Shown piece after piece: positions 1 through 9,380 of a stretch of DNA of 43,266 nucleotides. Every line of letters begins with the position of its first letter. Within the stretch, counting starts at the first letter, position 1. A program made the translations under genes and the position numbers. Under the pieces are notes generated by a model. It saw nothing but the letters and a program-made list of their open reading frames with translations. It was not told the origin of the DNA and searched no databases. This DNA is from Alphaproteobacteria bacterium (GTDB taxonomy: Bacteria; Pseudomonadota; Alphaproteobacteria; Micavibrionales; Micavibrionaceae), in contig DAOVWH010000001.1 in the NCBI GenBank assembly GCA_030636745.1, forward strand, positions 1 through 43,266, read 5' to 3'.

Positions 1-118
1 AAAAAGTAATCAAACACTTGCCATTTTTGCCGATAACAAGTAAGAATATGCACGTCTTTTAAAGGCTTATAGGGGTATAGCTCAGTTGGTAGAGCAACGG
101 ATTCCAAAACCGAAGGTC
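1..118 (+). repeat. Inverted-repeat copy A: tRNA-Trp upstream region plus the 5' two-thirds of the tRNA (partner at 3105-3222)
   Basis: The reverse complement of 3105-3222 aligns with 1-118. Nt 1-26 are identical to rc(3197-3222) and nt 35-48 are identical to rc(3175-3188). The tRNA D-arm and anticodon region are nearly identical. Overall identity is about 85% by eye. The copy touches the window edge and may extend further. Confidence 0.8.
18..46 (+). promoter_or_regulatory. Sigma70-like promoter TTGCCA-N17-TAAGAA upstream of the decayed tRNA-Trp copy
   Basis: TTGCCA lies at 18-23 and TAAGAA at 41-46, with a 17-nt spacer. Both hexamers fall in the blocks that are perfectly conserved with the copy upstream of the intact tRNA, while the spacer has diverged. 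Confidence 0.35.
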
Positions 119-137
119 TGTTTTGTGAATTCCCCTG
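71..137 (+). pseudogene. tRNA-Trp(CCA) pseudogene or fragment
   Basis: AGGGGTATAGCTCAGTTGGTAGAGCA-ACGGATTCCAAAACCGA retains the acceptor 5' strand, D-arm and a CCA anticodon loop. Two substitutions break the terminal anticodon-stem pairs (A:A). There is no T-arm: only 19 nt follow the variable region where 24 are needed. Confidence 0.6.
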
Positions 138-265
138 ATATGAATTCCTCATATCCCTTACCCCACAACATTTTCCATGAATTGATTGCTACTGTTATGA
201 TCGCTTTTTTGCGCCTGCTTTTTGCCCGCGGGTAACGCAGGGGTAACGAGATGGGGTTTTTGGTG

Positions 266-2980
266 TTATTTATTGAGCTTTCCCGTTTTGTCTGTAAACA
301 CAAAGCGAGTGTAGAAAAAGCTTAAACCCAATAACGATAGCCCAAGGCCAAGGAAAGAGAAGACACGAAATAGTCCTTCCAGCTCTGATGCATCGTGGAG
401 AAACACTTTTCCTACAGTCAAGATCATGATGGCCAAAGAAGCATAGCGGATCATCTTGTCTTTCTTCCATACACCTAGTCCAAGCAGGCAAAGTCCTAGT
501 AACAGCCAAGCCACAGAATATGCGTAAGTTTCTGCATTGCTTGTCACTCCGACATCTAGGTATGCACCGTGGAAGATGAACCTGATATTCAGACTGAGCC
601 ATGTAAAAACGAACAGCAAAATAGATAGGCCAGAATAATTACATATTTTTTTCATGTTGGTATATGAAAGCTCTTTATTGGCAAACCATGCCCACAGAAT
701 TGGGACACCGAAAGCCAAAGCAAGTTCATTTGCAAGGAAGATGCCGCGTATTTCCTGATGCGTCCAAAGCGGATTATGCATGATGATATCAAAATAGATA
801 ACGCGGAATAAAGCCACAACGCAAAGACCTGCACCTCCCCATGAGAAGGCAATTCTTTCAAAACGTCGCCCTGCATAAAGGCAGGCAATGCCATAGACAA
901 ACAAGATATTCGTCATGATATTGCGTTCAAAGAAGCTCGCATTTTTGAACATAACCTCATCTGCTGCATGAAAAGCATGGCGGTTGAGGTAATATCCCAT
1001 AACGGCAACTAGGCCTAAGCTGGCAAGCTCCAGAACGCGAACAAAACTGCCATCTTTGTCACGTCGCAAGAAGTAAGTTGCACCAATGAACATGGCTGCT
1101 GGCAAACCTAACTGGAATAGTGGCCAATCGACTATCGGCACAGAAGTTTGCAGTGGTAGCTTAATTTCAACAAGGCTGTAGGCAGTGAGCTGCACAAGTA
1201 AAAGAGCTTGCGGAATAAGTAAAAAGCCAAATACACCAGCAAGCATCATTGCTATTTGCCTCAGCGCTACAATAGGCACACGCGTTGCAACCCACGTTGT
1301 GGCTAAAACCTGTGTTGCGATAGCTACAGAAAGAAACTCGTATTTAAGTTCAATCGTCAGGGCAAGGGTAACAAAAGTTGTTACAAGCAATGATGAAATG
1401 CCCAAAACATTATCCTTCTCAGATGTTCCTTCTTCAAAAAAGGTTATTGATTTTTTAGTTATATGGATAAATAGCCCGGCAAGTACGAGCGCTATACTGC
1501 CCCAAAGGAAGAATATCTCTGTGTAGAAAAAAGGTACGTTTTCATAAAATGAAAGCGTGTCTGTAAATCTAACAGGAAGGTCTGTTTCTGGATTGAATTT
1601 ACTTAGTTTGAAGAAAGCGAGAAGATAGTAGCCAATCGCTGTGGCAGCGCTCAAACCAACCCAACGCGATGGCTCAGAGCTCTTCCATGTAATTAAGTAC
1701 GCACACCCCATATAAAGGGTCGCAAATATGCATAGAACAAGACCAAACTCATTGATACTTGGTCCACCCCAAGCCACTAACATAACGGCATTTACGGCCA
1801 TAAGAACCCAAGGCACGAACCCATATATACTGCTTTTGATATAGGCCATGATAATACCACCTAAGGCCAAAACACCAAAGAGTGCCCACTCCATAAAGCC
1901 AAAGCCGGAATGAGCGGTAATGGTTCCCATTAGGATGATAGCTCCGGCAAGGCTAAGGTAATTCAAAATATTACATTTGTTTATTGTGACGTCAGAAAAG
2001 GATGGATTCTCTTCAATATCATTACGTGAGCCGATGACAATGGTTCCACTAACTGCAAGTAGGAATAGTCCTACCCAAACCGTATCGCCGGGCACGAAAC
2101 TTTCTGCGATCCAGTAAACAACCCATAGAAAAGTGCCTATGACGGCTGGCAAAGAAAGCCCCCACCAACGCTTTTGCTTAATCACTGCCATCAGTCCGGC
2201 AAAAATAACATAGAGATATAAAAACAATATCGGAGTAGGAATATCACCGTTATGGGCTAGCAATGCGGGTGTTATAAAGCCAGCGACCAGACCGAGTAAT
2301 GCTATTGGAGCGCCATGACGCAGGGATAAATTAACAGCTATCCCCGTTACAACGGTCATCCCCGCTAATCCGGCTAAATTAGGCAAGAAGTGATAGAGAC
2401 TGGTGGCCGCAAATATAGAAACATATAACGTTGCTATACCAGCACCAGAAAGCGATTGCGCAATGCGCACACCATTTGCAATGTTACCCTTCTCCCTGAT
2501 CCAGCGAGCGGCGAAAAGAAATACGCAGCCCAATGTTCCGCCCATAAATACGCGCACAGCAGGATTGAGCAAACTATTATCAATCGAGTATTTAACTAGA
2601 TAAAATGCGCCAAGAGCCAATGCTATTCCACCAACCCAAACAGGAAGGCGCGCACCAATCTGTTGCTCAAAGTTGAATTTTGGTTTTGGCGCTAGGGCTG
2701 GTTTGATTATAGCTGGTTCAGGTCTACGAGCCTCTATGTATTTTTCAGGTAGTTCTTCTTGGATAGCTTCGGTCTCAGCTTTTGCCGCTATTGTTTGAGG
2801 TTGCAGCTCTTGGGGGCTTTCTCGCTCGCCTGAAAGCGCTTTGACCTTAGCTTTGAGAAGATCAACTTCCCGCCTTAATGAATAAAACCTGCTTCGATTG
2901 ACCCACGGAAGGATAATTGTTGTTGGAATAAGAAAAAGGAGGATGAGTCCAAGAAGGCCTATAATTTCCATAAAAAACAC
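266..2980 (-). CDS. Large polytopic membrane protein, DUF2339-like architecture
   Basis: The ORF is 904 aa. It has an N-terminal TM helix, a coiled-coil (LRREVDLLKAKVKALSGE), a Pro/Ala/Glu-rich linker and then more than 20 hydrophobic helices to the C-terminus. The ORF opens with GTG at 2980, and an alternative ATG lies at 2971 (MEIIGLL). Confidence 0.8.
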   Translation of the reverse strand: MFFMEIIGLLGLILLFLIPTTIILPWVNRSRFYSLRREVDLLKAKVKALSGERESPQELQPQTIAAKAETEAIQEELPEKYIEARRPEPAIIKPALAPKPKFNFEQQIGARLPVWVGGIALALGAFYLVKYSIDNSLLNPAVRVFMGGTLGCVFLFAARWIREKGNIANGVRIAQSLSGAGIATLYVSIFAATSLYHFLPNLAGLAGMTVVTGIAVNLSLRHGAPIALLGLVAGFITPALLAHNGDIPTPILFLYLYVIFAGLMAVIKQKRWWGLSLPAVIGTFLWVVYWIAESFVPGDTVWVGLFLLAVSGTIVIGSRNDIEENPSFSDVTINKCNILNYLSLAGAIILMGTITAHSGFGFMEWALFGVLALGGIIMAYIKSSIYGFVPWVLMAVNAVMLVAWGGPSINEFGLVLCIFATLYMGCAYLITWKSSEPSRWVGLSAATAIGYYLLAFFKLSKFNPETDLPVRFTDTLSFYENVPFFYTEIFFLWGSIALVLAGLFIHITKKSITFFEEGTSEKDNVLGISSLLVTTFVTLALTIELKYEFLSVAIATQVLATTWVATRVPIVALRQIAMMLAGVFGFLLIPQALLLVQLTAYSLVEIKLPLQTSVPIVDWPLFQLGLPAAMFIGATYFLRRDKDGSFVRVLELASLGLVAVMGYYLNRHAFHAADEVMFKNASFFERNIMTNILFVYGIACLYAGRRFERIAFSWGGAGLCVVALFRVIYFDIIMHNPLWTHQEIRGIFLANELALAFGVPILWAWFANKELSYTNMKKICNYSGLSILLFVFTWLSLNIRFIFHGAYLDVGVTSNAETYAYSVAWLLLGLCLLGLGVWKKDKMIRYASLAIMILTVGKVFLHDASELEGLFRVFSFLGLGLSLLGLSFFYTRFVFTDKTGKLNK

Positions 2981-3076
2981 CTGCTATTTGTAACTATCTT
3001 CACGAGAGAATATCCCGCACCAATAATAACTTACTGTTTTTTATGAGTATTACAAATACATATTTTCATGGAAAAA

Positions 3077-3152
3077 TGGCAGGGGCGCCAGGACTTGAAC
3101 CCGGGACCGCCGGATTTGGAATCCGATGCTCTACCAACTGAGCTACACCCCT
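3077..3152 (-). tRNA. trnW: tRNA-Trp (anticodon CCA), with genomically encoded 3' CCA
   Basis: The reverse complement reads AGGGGTG-TA-GCTC-AGTTGGTA-GAGC-A-TCGGA-TTCCAAA-TCCGG-CGGTC-CCGGG-TTCAAGT-CCTGG-CGCCCCT-G-CCA. This is a complete 76-nt cloverleaf with a 7-bp acceptor stem. Confidence 0.93.
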
Positions 3153-3222
3153 ACGTGCCTTTGATAAGACGAGCTATTCTTACTTGTTCTTGAAGGAAAT
3201 GGCAAGTGTTTGATTACTTTTT
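3105..3222 (-). repeat. Inverted-repeat copy B (5' part of the intact tRNA-Trp plus about 70 nt upstream); partner of 1-118
   Basis: See copy A. The orientation is inverted relative to 1-118, so the two copies bracket 119-3104. Confidence 0.8.
3177..3205 (-). promoter_or_regulatory. Sigma70-like promoter of tRNA-Trp (TTGCCA-N17-TAAGAA on the minus strand)
   Basis: The -35 element is rc(3200-3205)=TTGCCA and the -10 element is rc(3177-3182)=TAAGAA, with a 17-nt spacer. The -10 hexamer lies about 25 nt upstream of the mature tRNA 5' end. Both hexamers are conserved in the duplicated copy. Confidence 0.45.
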
Positions 3223-3513
3223 TGCTTGGCGTTTGTTCTCTATTAAGCGCGGTGTTTTTAAACTAATACCAACAGCATCACAAATCTTCTGTTTTTTACT
3301 TATATCTTGCATTGGCCTCATTTTAAGCCACCCACGAACTATTGATCGTAGCGCAGACATAGCAAGAAAATCTGTTTTACAATCATTTGCTATTTGCTTC
3401 AACTCTGTCAATGGGGTCTCTTTATAATGGTCTAACGATCCGGGTAACGATCCGGGTAACGCAGGAGTATTCGCCGCTACATAGAAAACCAAGGACAGGA
3501 AGATTGTGGCCAA
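3214..3513 (-). CDS. Hypothetical protein (99 aa), uncertain
   Basis: This is the only long ORF between tRNA-Trp and alaS. Its C-terminal part (ISKKQKICDAVGISLKTPRLIE) looks HTH-like. It contains an LPGSLPGS tandem encoded by a GGGTAACG-type DNA repeat. Its last codons overlap inverted-repeat copy B. Confidence 0.3.
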   Translation of the reverse strand: MATIFLSLVFYVAANTPALPGSLPGSLDHYKETPLTELKQIANDCKTDFLAMSALRSIVRGWLKMRPMQDISKKQKICDAVGISLKTPRLIENKRQAKK

Positions 3514-3530
3514 GCGCAGCTTGAATTAGA

Positions 3531-3564
3531 GTGAAACCGCCTGCGTAAGCTGGCGGAGGTTCAC
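3531..3564 (-). terminator. Hairpin downstream of alaS (possible terminator)
   Basis: GTGAA-A-CCGCC / loop TGCGTAAGCT / GGCGG-AGG-TTCAC sits 6 nt past the alaS stop. The T-run is better on the plus strand (TTTGTTT) than on the minus strand, so the assignment is weak. Confidence 0.3.
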
Positions 3565-3569
3565 TTTGT

Positions 3570-6281
3570 TTAACCAGCCAATTTATTTTCAATTGCGGCT
3601 ACGGCTTTAGGAGCGGCAGATTCATCTGGGCCACCAGCCTGAGCCATATCAGGACGGCCTCCTCCTCCTTTTCCGCCTAGAGCTTCTGAGCCAACGCGCA
3701 CTAGATCAACCGCGCTCACTTTATCGGTTAAATCATCGGTAACCCCTACAACGATGGAGGCTTTGCCCTCTCCCGTTGCAATCAAAACAATCACACCAGA
3801 ACCAAGTTTGGCTTTTAGTTCATCGGCCATGGGTTTTAGATCTTTAGGCGGAATGCCTGAAAGGATGCGGCTGGTAAATTTTATGCCGTTGATCTCTTTA
3901 ATATCGTCATTGGAGGTATCAGATGTTCCACCACTCATAGCAACTTGTTTGCGGAGTTTTGATACTTCTTTTTCTAGACTCTTTCTTTCAGAGAGAAGTG
4001 CTTTTACGCGCTCTAATACATCGGCATGTGACGTTTTCAATACGCTAGCCGTGTCATGGAGACGTTGTTCCTGCTCATCCAGATAGGCTAGTGCATTTTC
4101 CCCTGTCACGGCCTCTATGCGGCGAATGCCTGAAGATAGTGCCCCTTCAGAAACAATCTTAAACAGGCCAATATCTCCAGTACGCTTTACGTGCGTTCCG
4201 CCGCATAGCTCAACTGAAAACGGCTTATTATCTTTATCCTGCCTGCCCATTGTAAGGACGCGCACTTCATCATCGTATTTTTCGCCAAACAGTGCCATAG
4301 CTCCGGTTTCGCGAGCATCTTCTATAGCCATAAGCCGTGTTTCCACCGGCGTATTGGCACGGATTTCCTCATTGACAATTCTCTCAACCTCCGCGATTTG
4401 CGCTTGTGTCATAGCCACGGGCTGGGAGATATCAAAGCGCGTACGATCAGCATCTTGCAAGGAACCTTTTTGTGAAACATGCTCGCCAAGTACGCGGCGC
4501 AATGCTTCGTGCATCAGGTGAGTGGCTGAATGGTTGGATTTAATTGCAGCGCGGCTCTCTGTGTCAACTTTCATTTGCAGGCTATGCCCTACTTTCATTC
4601 CTCCATATGCACATATTACATAATGCGCACTGAGAGAAGAGACATATTTTTTAGTATCAAAAACTGTTGCACAAACAGCATCTTCGCTTTCCCCTTCAAA
4701 ATCAAAAGCCTCACTTAATTCAGCTTGGTTAAGATCAATGTCCTTACCTAGCCAACCTTTATCGCCGACCTGCCCACCGCTTTCAGCGTAAAATGAGGAT
4801 TGGTTGGTTATGATGATACCATCTTCGCCCTGTTCCAATGTATCAACGCGTTTGCCATCTTTGACGATAGCCAAGACATTAGCTTCGGCGGTGTCTTTAT
4901 CGTATCCCAGAAAATCAGTTGGGCCGACTTCATCGAGAATATCAAACCAGAGTTTTTCGTTAGACGCATCGCCCGTGCCAGACCACGCCGCTCTTGCCTT
5001 TGCTTTTTGCTCTGCCATACAGGCATCAAATTTATCTGTGTCCACTTTGATATTTTTGGCGCGTAGAGCATCTTGCGTTAGATCAAGCGGGAAACCATAC
5101 GTATCATAGAGTTTAAAGGCGACATCACCGGGGAACTGCGCACCGGAAGCCACTTTCCCTGTATGTTCATCAAGCATTTTAAGTCCGCGATCCAGTGTGA
5201 CTTTAAAGCGTTTTTCTTCTGTCTCAAGGGTCTGTGTGATAAGCGCTTCAGCGCGTTTTAGCTCAGGATAAGCCTCGCCCATTTTGGCTTGTAGCGTCGG
5301 GAAGAGTTTGTACATTAACGGCTCTTTCGCGCCTAAAAGATGCGCGTGACGCATACCACGGCGCATAATCCGACGCAAAACATAACCGCGTCCTTCGTTT
5401 GACGGCATCACACCATCGGCCAGCAAAAAGGCTGATGCGCGGATGTGGTCGGCTATGACTTTGTGAGAAGCTGCCATATCGCCATCTGGTTCAACTCCGG
5501 TAAGATCAGCGCTGTGCTCGATAAGCGCGCGCATAATATCGATATCGTAGTTATTATTCGACCCCATTAAAGTAGCAGCTATGCGCTCCAATCCCATTCC
5601 TGTATCTACGCTTTGCGCAGGCAAATCTATACGTGTTTCGGGGTCTATTTGTTCATATTGCATAAAGACGTTGTTCCAGATCTCGATAAAGCGATCTCCA
5701 TCTTCTTCCGGTGAACCCGGAGGCCCGCCCCAGATGTGCTCTCCATGATCATAGAATATTTCGGTACAAGGGCCACATGGGCCGGTATCACCCATGCGCC
5801 AAAAGTTATCATCAGTTGGAATACGGATAATTTTGTAATCATCAAAGCCTGTGACTTTTTTCCAGATAGAGGCTGCTTCTTCATCGGTAGAGTGCACTGT
5901 CACGCAAAGCTTTTCAGGAGATAAGCCAAAGTTCTTAGTCACAAGCTCCCATGCAAAAGCAATTGCATCTTCTTTGAAATAATCACCAAAAGAGAAATTC
6001 CCCAGCATTTCAAAAAATGTATGGTGACGCGCTGTATAGCCGACATTTTCAAGGTCATTATGTTTTCCACCGGCACGTACGCATTTTTGCGAGGTGGTGG
6101 CTCGAGTATAATCACGTTTTTCCTTACCCGTAAACACATCTTTAAACTGCACCATCCCTGAATTAGTGAACATTAAAGTCGGATCATTATGCGGTACAAG
6201 GGATGAGGATTGTACAACCTCATGGCCTTTGCTTTTAAAGAAACCTAAATATTCGTTACGGATATCGTTGACTGTTTTCAT
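3570..6281 (-). CDS. alaS: Alanine--tRNA ligase
   Basis: 903 aa. The N-terminus is [30 protein letters not shown]. The editing-domain HxxxH signature ([10 protein letters not shown]) and CGGTHV are present, and the protein has a C-terminal DHHA1-like tail. Length is typical. Confidence 0.97.
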   Translation of the reverse strand: MKTVNDIRNEYLGFFKSKGHEVVQSSSLVPHNDPTLMFTNSGMVQFKDVFTGKEKRDYTRATTSQKCVRAGGKHNDLENVGYTARHHTFFEMLGNFSFGDYFKEDAIAFAWELVTKNFGLSPEKLCVTVHSTDEEAASIWKKVTGFDDYKIIRIPTDDNFWRMGDTGPCGPCTEIFYDHGEHIWGGPPGSPEEDGDRFIEIWNNVFMQYEQIDPETRIDLPAQSVDTGMGLERIAATLMGSNNNYDIDIMRALIEHSADLTGVEPDGDMAASHKVIADHIRASAFLLADGVMPSNEGRGYVLRRIMRRGMRHAHLLGAKEPLMYKLFPTLQAKMGEAYPELKRAEALITQTLETEEKRFKVTLDRGLKMLDEHTGKVASGAQFPGDVAFKLYDTYGFPLDLTQDALRAKNIKVDTDKFDACMAEQKAKARAAWSGTGDASNEKLWFDILDEVGPTDFLGYDKDTAEANVLAIVKDGKRVDTLEQGEDGIIITNQSSFYAESGGQVGDKGWLGKDIDLNQAELSEAFDFEGESEDAVCATVFDTKKYVSSLSAHYVICAYGGMKVGHSLQMKVDTESRAAIKSNHSATHLMHEALRRVLGEHVSQKGSLQDADRTRFDISQPVAMTQAQIAEVERIVNEEIRANTPVETRLMAIEDARETGAMALFGEKYDDEVRVLTMGRQDKDNKPFSVELCGGTHVKRTGDIGLFKIVSEGALSSGIRRIEAVTGENALAYLDEQEQRLHDTASVLKTSHADVLERVKALLSERKSLEKEVSKLRKQVAMSGGTSDTSNDDIKEINGIKFTSRILSGIPPKDLKPMADELKAKLGSGVIVLIATGEGKASIVVGVTDDLTDKVSAVDLVRVGSEALGGKGGGGRPDMAQAGGPDESAAPKAVAAIENKLAG

Positions 6282-6344
6282 CGCTTCACTTTACTATTTA
6301 TATTGTTATTGTTGTATCCGTATAAAATCTGGAAAGGTCTATTT

Positions 6345-7124
6345 ATGCAGGAATTTGTGGCGCTTGCCAATAGTATGGCTGATATTGCCGGTAAAATAAT
6401 TCAAAAATATTATCGTACCCCTATTGATATTGATCGCAAACGCGATGATTCTCCGGTAACAATTGTAGATCGTGAGGTTGAAACAGCTTTGTGGGACTTT
6501 ATTCAAAAGAAGCGGCCAAATGACAGTTTTCTTGGAGAAGAATATAGCCCTCATGAAGGTCAGAGTGGTTTAACATGGGTGATTGATCCTGTTGATGGAA
6601 CAAACAGTTTCATGGTTGGCCGCCCAACTTTTACTACTCTTATTGCTTTATGCGAAGATGGTATTCCGAAATTGGGGATTATCGATCAATCTATATTAAA
6701 AGAACGTTGGATTGGTGTGGATGGAAAACCAACGCTCTTTAATAAAAGGCCTGCTAAAACGCGGACATGTCCTGATTTCGATAATGCGGTGTTTGGAGCC
6801 ACAACGCCAACAATGTTCACTAATCTGGCAGATTATGGCTGTGCTTATGAAATCTTTGAGACAACAGGCAATAAATTTGTCTGGGGGGGAGATGGATATA
6901 TGTATGGCCTGTTAGCTAGTGGTCTGGTTGATGTTGTCTTTGAAGAAAACCTGAAACCACATGATTATTCCGCGCTTGTTCCTATTGTCAAAGGCGCTGG
7001 CGGACATATATCTGATTGGCGCGGTGACCCGCTAACATTGAACTCACCGGGTAAAGTTATTGCTGTGGGAGATCCAAAACTCTGGCCAATGGTAGAACGT
7101 ATTATAAGGAAGTCACCATATTAG
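6345..7124 (+). CDS. Inositol monophosphatase family protein (HisN-like histidinol-phosphatase pattern)
   Basis: Motifs seen are DDSPVTIVDREVE, WVIDPVDGTNSF, GGDGYMYGLLASGLVDVV and GAGGHISDW. I prefer the ATG at 6345 (MQEFVAL), which has GGAAAGG 8 nt upstream, over the TTG-type ORF opening at 6303. Confidence 0.88.
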   Translation: MQEFVALANSMADIAGKIIQKYYRTPIDIDRKRDDSPVTIVDREVETALWDFIQKKRPNDSFLGEEYSPHEGQSGLTWVIDPVDGTNSFMVGRPTFTTLIALCEDGIPKLGIIDQSILKERWIGVDGKPTLFNKRPAKTRTCPDFDNAVFGATTPTMFTNLADYGCAYEIFETTGNKFVWGGDGYMYGLLASGLVDVVFEENLKPHDYSALVPIVKGAGGHISDWRGDPLTLNSPGKVIAVGDPKLWPMVERIIRKSPY

Positions 7125-7136
7125 AAGAAGAACGCT

Positions 7137-9263
7137 CTAGCGGTTAGCCACCATATAAGATTGTGCGCCACTTTGACCGATAAAGGATGCATAGCGCGGA
7201 GATTGACCTTTAACCAGATGGGTTAAGCTAATGAGTTCTTCTCCGGCGCGTAAACGGTAAATCCAGTAATTTGACAAGACCTTTGCGACATAATCGCGTG
7301 TTTCTTCAATCGGCATTGTCTCAATGAATAATAACGGGTCAGAGAATGTAGAATCAGTTTTAGCAGATAAGGCTGATTTTTGTGCTATTTTGTTTGCTTC
7401 AAAGCGTTTGCGCCATTTCACCAGATTTCCCGGCCCTGCATTATAAGCAACCAGCAAAGAAATCATGTCCCCTTTTACAGCTTGGCCTTTTAGAAGATAG
7501 CTAAGATAATCCTGCCCAATCATCATATTAATTTCAGGGTCGTTTAAAGCCATTTTTCCAACGTTATAGCCATAACGGTTTTTCTGAGCCACATAGCGCG
7601 CAGTTCTTGGCATAATTTGCATCAGACCACGTGCTCCGCTATTGCTTTTTGCTTCGTGGTCAAACCGTGATTCCTGACGCATAACAGCATAAAGAAGAGA
7701 CGGATCAAGACTAAAACCATTTTGTGGTTCCCATGGCACATCAGGATAAAGAGCTGAATCGTAATATTCCCCTTTACCGGATGGGATCATATTTCCCAAA
7801 CGCAAAGCCAATCCCGGCAAACCAACATGCATCGCATAGCTTAGCGCGGCGCGGCGAAGATCGGGATGTTTATTATAATCGAGACGTAATAATTCCTCTT
7901 CTGCCAAGTCGTACTGATTTGCAGCAACAAGCAAGAAAGCACGGCGTCCAGACGATGTCATAGAGAGTGAGCTTTCATATGCGCTCGAAAATGCCGGATT
8001 TTTCCAGTTGAAATCGAAAGGTTTTCCTAGCATTTTTGTAGAGATTAAACCATAGAATGTCCGGGAATGCATAGAGGCTTTTTCCAGAGATACACGAACT
8101 TTGTCGTGGTTTCCGATGCGACTATATGAACGCGCTGCCCAATAATATCCTGCTGATGCCCGCCAGCCTGAAGCATAAGAAGATCCACCAACTTTTTCAA
8201 AATAAGGGGCTGCTGAAGCAAAATCCTGTTTTTCCCATAAAGACAAACCAACAATCCATGCCGCTAAAGGAACATAGCTCCCAGAACGTGTATTTGCTTC
8301 TTTAGCCAATGCAAGGGCTTGGGCGTTTTGCCCGCGATATAAAAATCCAGCCGCTATCTCCGCCTTGATATAATCTATTTCTACCTTATCCATATAAGCT
8401 AAGGCACTTTTAGCAGAATCCAAAGAAACTAGATATTCAAGAGCGTCCTGACTTTTTCCACGGCGCACTAATTTATATATTTTGCGCGTTAATGCGCGTG
8501 CTTGCTTCGCCTGATCGGCGGTACGGCGAATCTTTGAAACATATGTTCTCGGATAATAAATTTTAGGCTCTTTAATTTGCGCAAGAAGATGCCCTCTTCC
8601 CGGATTATTAATAGCATCCGGACGCCCGTTACGCTTTGCGTTTGCCAGTTTATATATATTATAAGCATTCGGATAATCAGAATAACTTGCCAGCCATGCT
8701 TTTAATTCATCAAAATTACTGACATAGGAAGGGTGCATATAACGTTGATAATAAACGTGTCCCATCAAACGTTTATCTTTAATTTTCTGTAGCAGTTTAT
8801 CAACCTGATCCCAATGCCCATGACGCTGAGCATTAAATATTTGCGCATAAAGCTTTGATTGGTGTGCTGAAAGTGGTTTATTGATGTTTGAATTAGTCTC
8901 AATAACGGCACGTCCATCTTTGATAACATCACCAGCAGCAGGTTCATATAATTTTATCGTGGATAAAAGATCCGTAAGCTTCATATATTCAGCTGGCTGG
9001 AATATCTTTCTTTTATGTGCAGATTGTGATTCTTGTCCGAAAGATGGCTTCATAGCCGGAACAGGAACACCATTGCACGCACGCGCACCTAAATGCACTA
9101 TATCAGCAGGAGCACTTAGTTCTAGAGACTTCAAAGGCTTCATAGCTGGAACAGGCGCAAAGACTGCAGCTTGTACCGGCAACAATATAACGCCTACAAA
9201 GGCCAAGCCCACGCATAAGCGCCAGCCGTATATTCCAAATTGTTTTATATTCATTATGGGCAC
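7137..9263 (-). CDS. slt: Soluble lytic murein transglycosylase (Slt70-like)
   Basis: 708 aa with a signal-like N-terminus and a long helical superhelix region. The C-terminal SLT catalytic motif is MRQESRFDHEAKSNSGARGLMQIMPRTA ... AYNAGPGN. Confidence 0.88.
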   Translation of the reverse strand: MPIMNIKQFGIYGWRLCVGLAFVGVILLPVQAAVFAPVPAMKPLKSLELSAPADIVHLGARACNGVPVPAMKPSFGQESQSAHKRKIFQPAEYMKLTDLLSTIKLYEPAAGDVIKDGRAVIETNSNINKPLSAHQSKLYAQIFNAQRHGHWDQVDKLLQKIKDKRLMGHVYYQRYMHPSYVSNFDELKAWLASYSDYPNAYNIYKLANAKRNGRPDAINNPGRGHLLAQIKEPKIYYPRTYVSKIRRTADQAKQARALTRKIYKLVRRGKSQDALEYLVSLDSAKSALAYMDKVEIDYIKAEIAAGFLYRGQNAQALALAKEANTRSGSYVPLAAWIVGLSLWEKQDFASAAPYFEKVGGSSYASGWRASAGYYWAARSYSRIGNHDKVRVSLEKASMHSRTFYGLISTKMLGKPFDFNWKNPAFSSAYESSLSMTSSGRRAFLLVAANQYDLAEEELLRLDYNKHPDLRRAALSYAMHVGLPGLALRLGNMIPSGKGEYYDSALYPDVPWEPQNGFSLDPSLLYAVMRQESRFDHEAKSNSGARGLMQIMPRTARYVAQKNRYGYNVGKMALNDPEINMMIGQDYLSYLLKGQAVKGDMISLLVAYNAGPGNLVKWRKRFEANKIAQKSALSAKTDSTFSDPLLFIETMPIEETRDYVAKVLSNYWIYRLRAGEELISLTHLVKGQSPRYASFIGQSGAQSYMVANR

Positions 9264-9380
9264 CTAAATACAGAAATTTTGGTACCTTGTCCAGCTTTTT
9301 ATTGATTATGAAAAATAGCATGTGGCGTTTGCTTGATTGTTTCTTGTATTATATGTAATAAAATATGGCATTAATACCTA

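Noticed and set aside
82-303. 73-aa ORF on the minus strand
   Set aside because: It lies antisense across the tRNA-Trp pseudogene and the GGGTAACG repeat. It has a basic, low-complexity composition and no RBS, and is most likely spurious.
3754-6139. Multiple 60-134 aa ORFs inside or antisense to alaS (e.g. 3754-4086, 4117-4521, 4800-5109, 5645-5884)
   Set aside because: All are nested in the unambiguous alaS reading frame region and have Ser/Arg/Cys-rich shadow-frame composition. Similar nested ORFs inside slt, mrcA, dnaB, mlaFE, ilvA, fabG and the sigma54 activator were rejected for the same reason.
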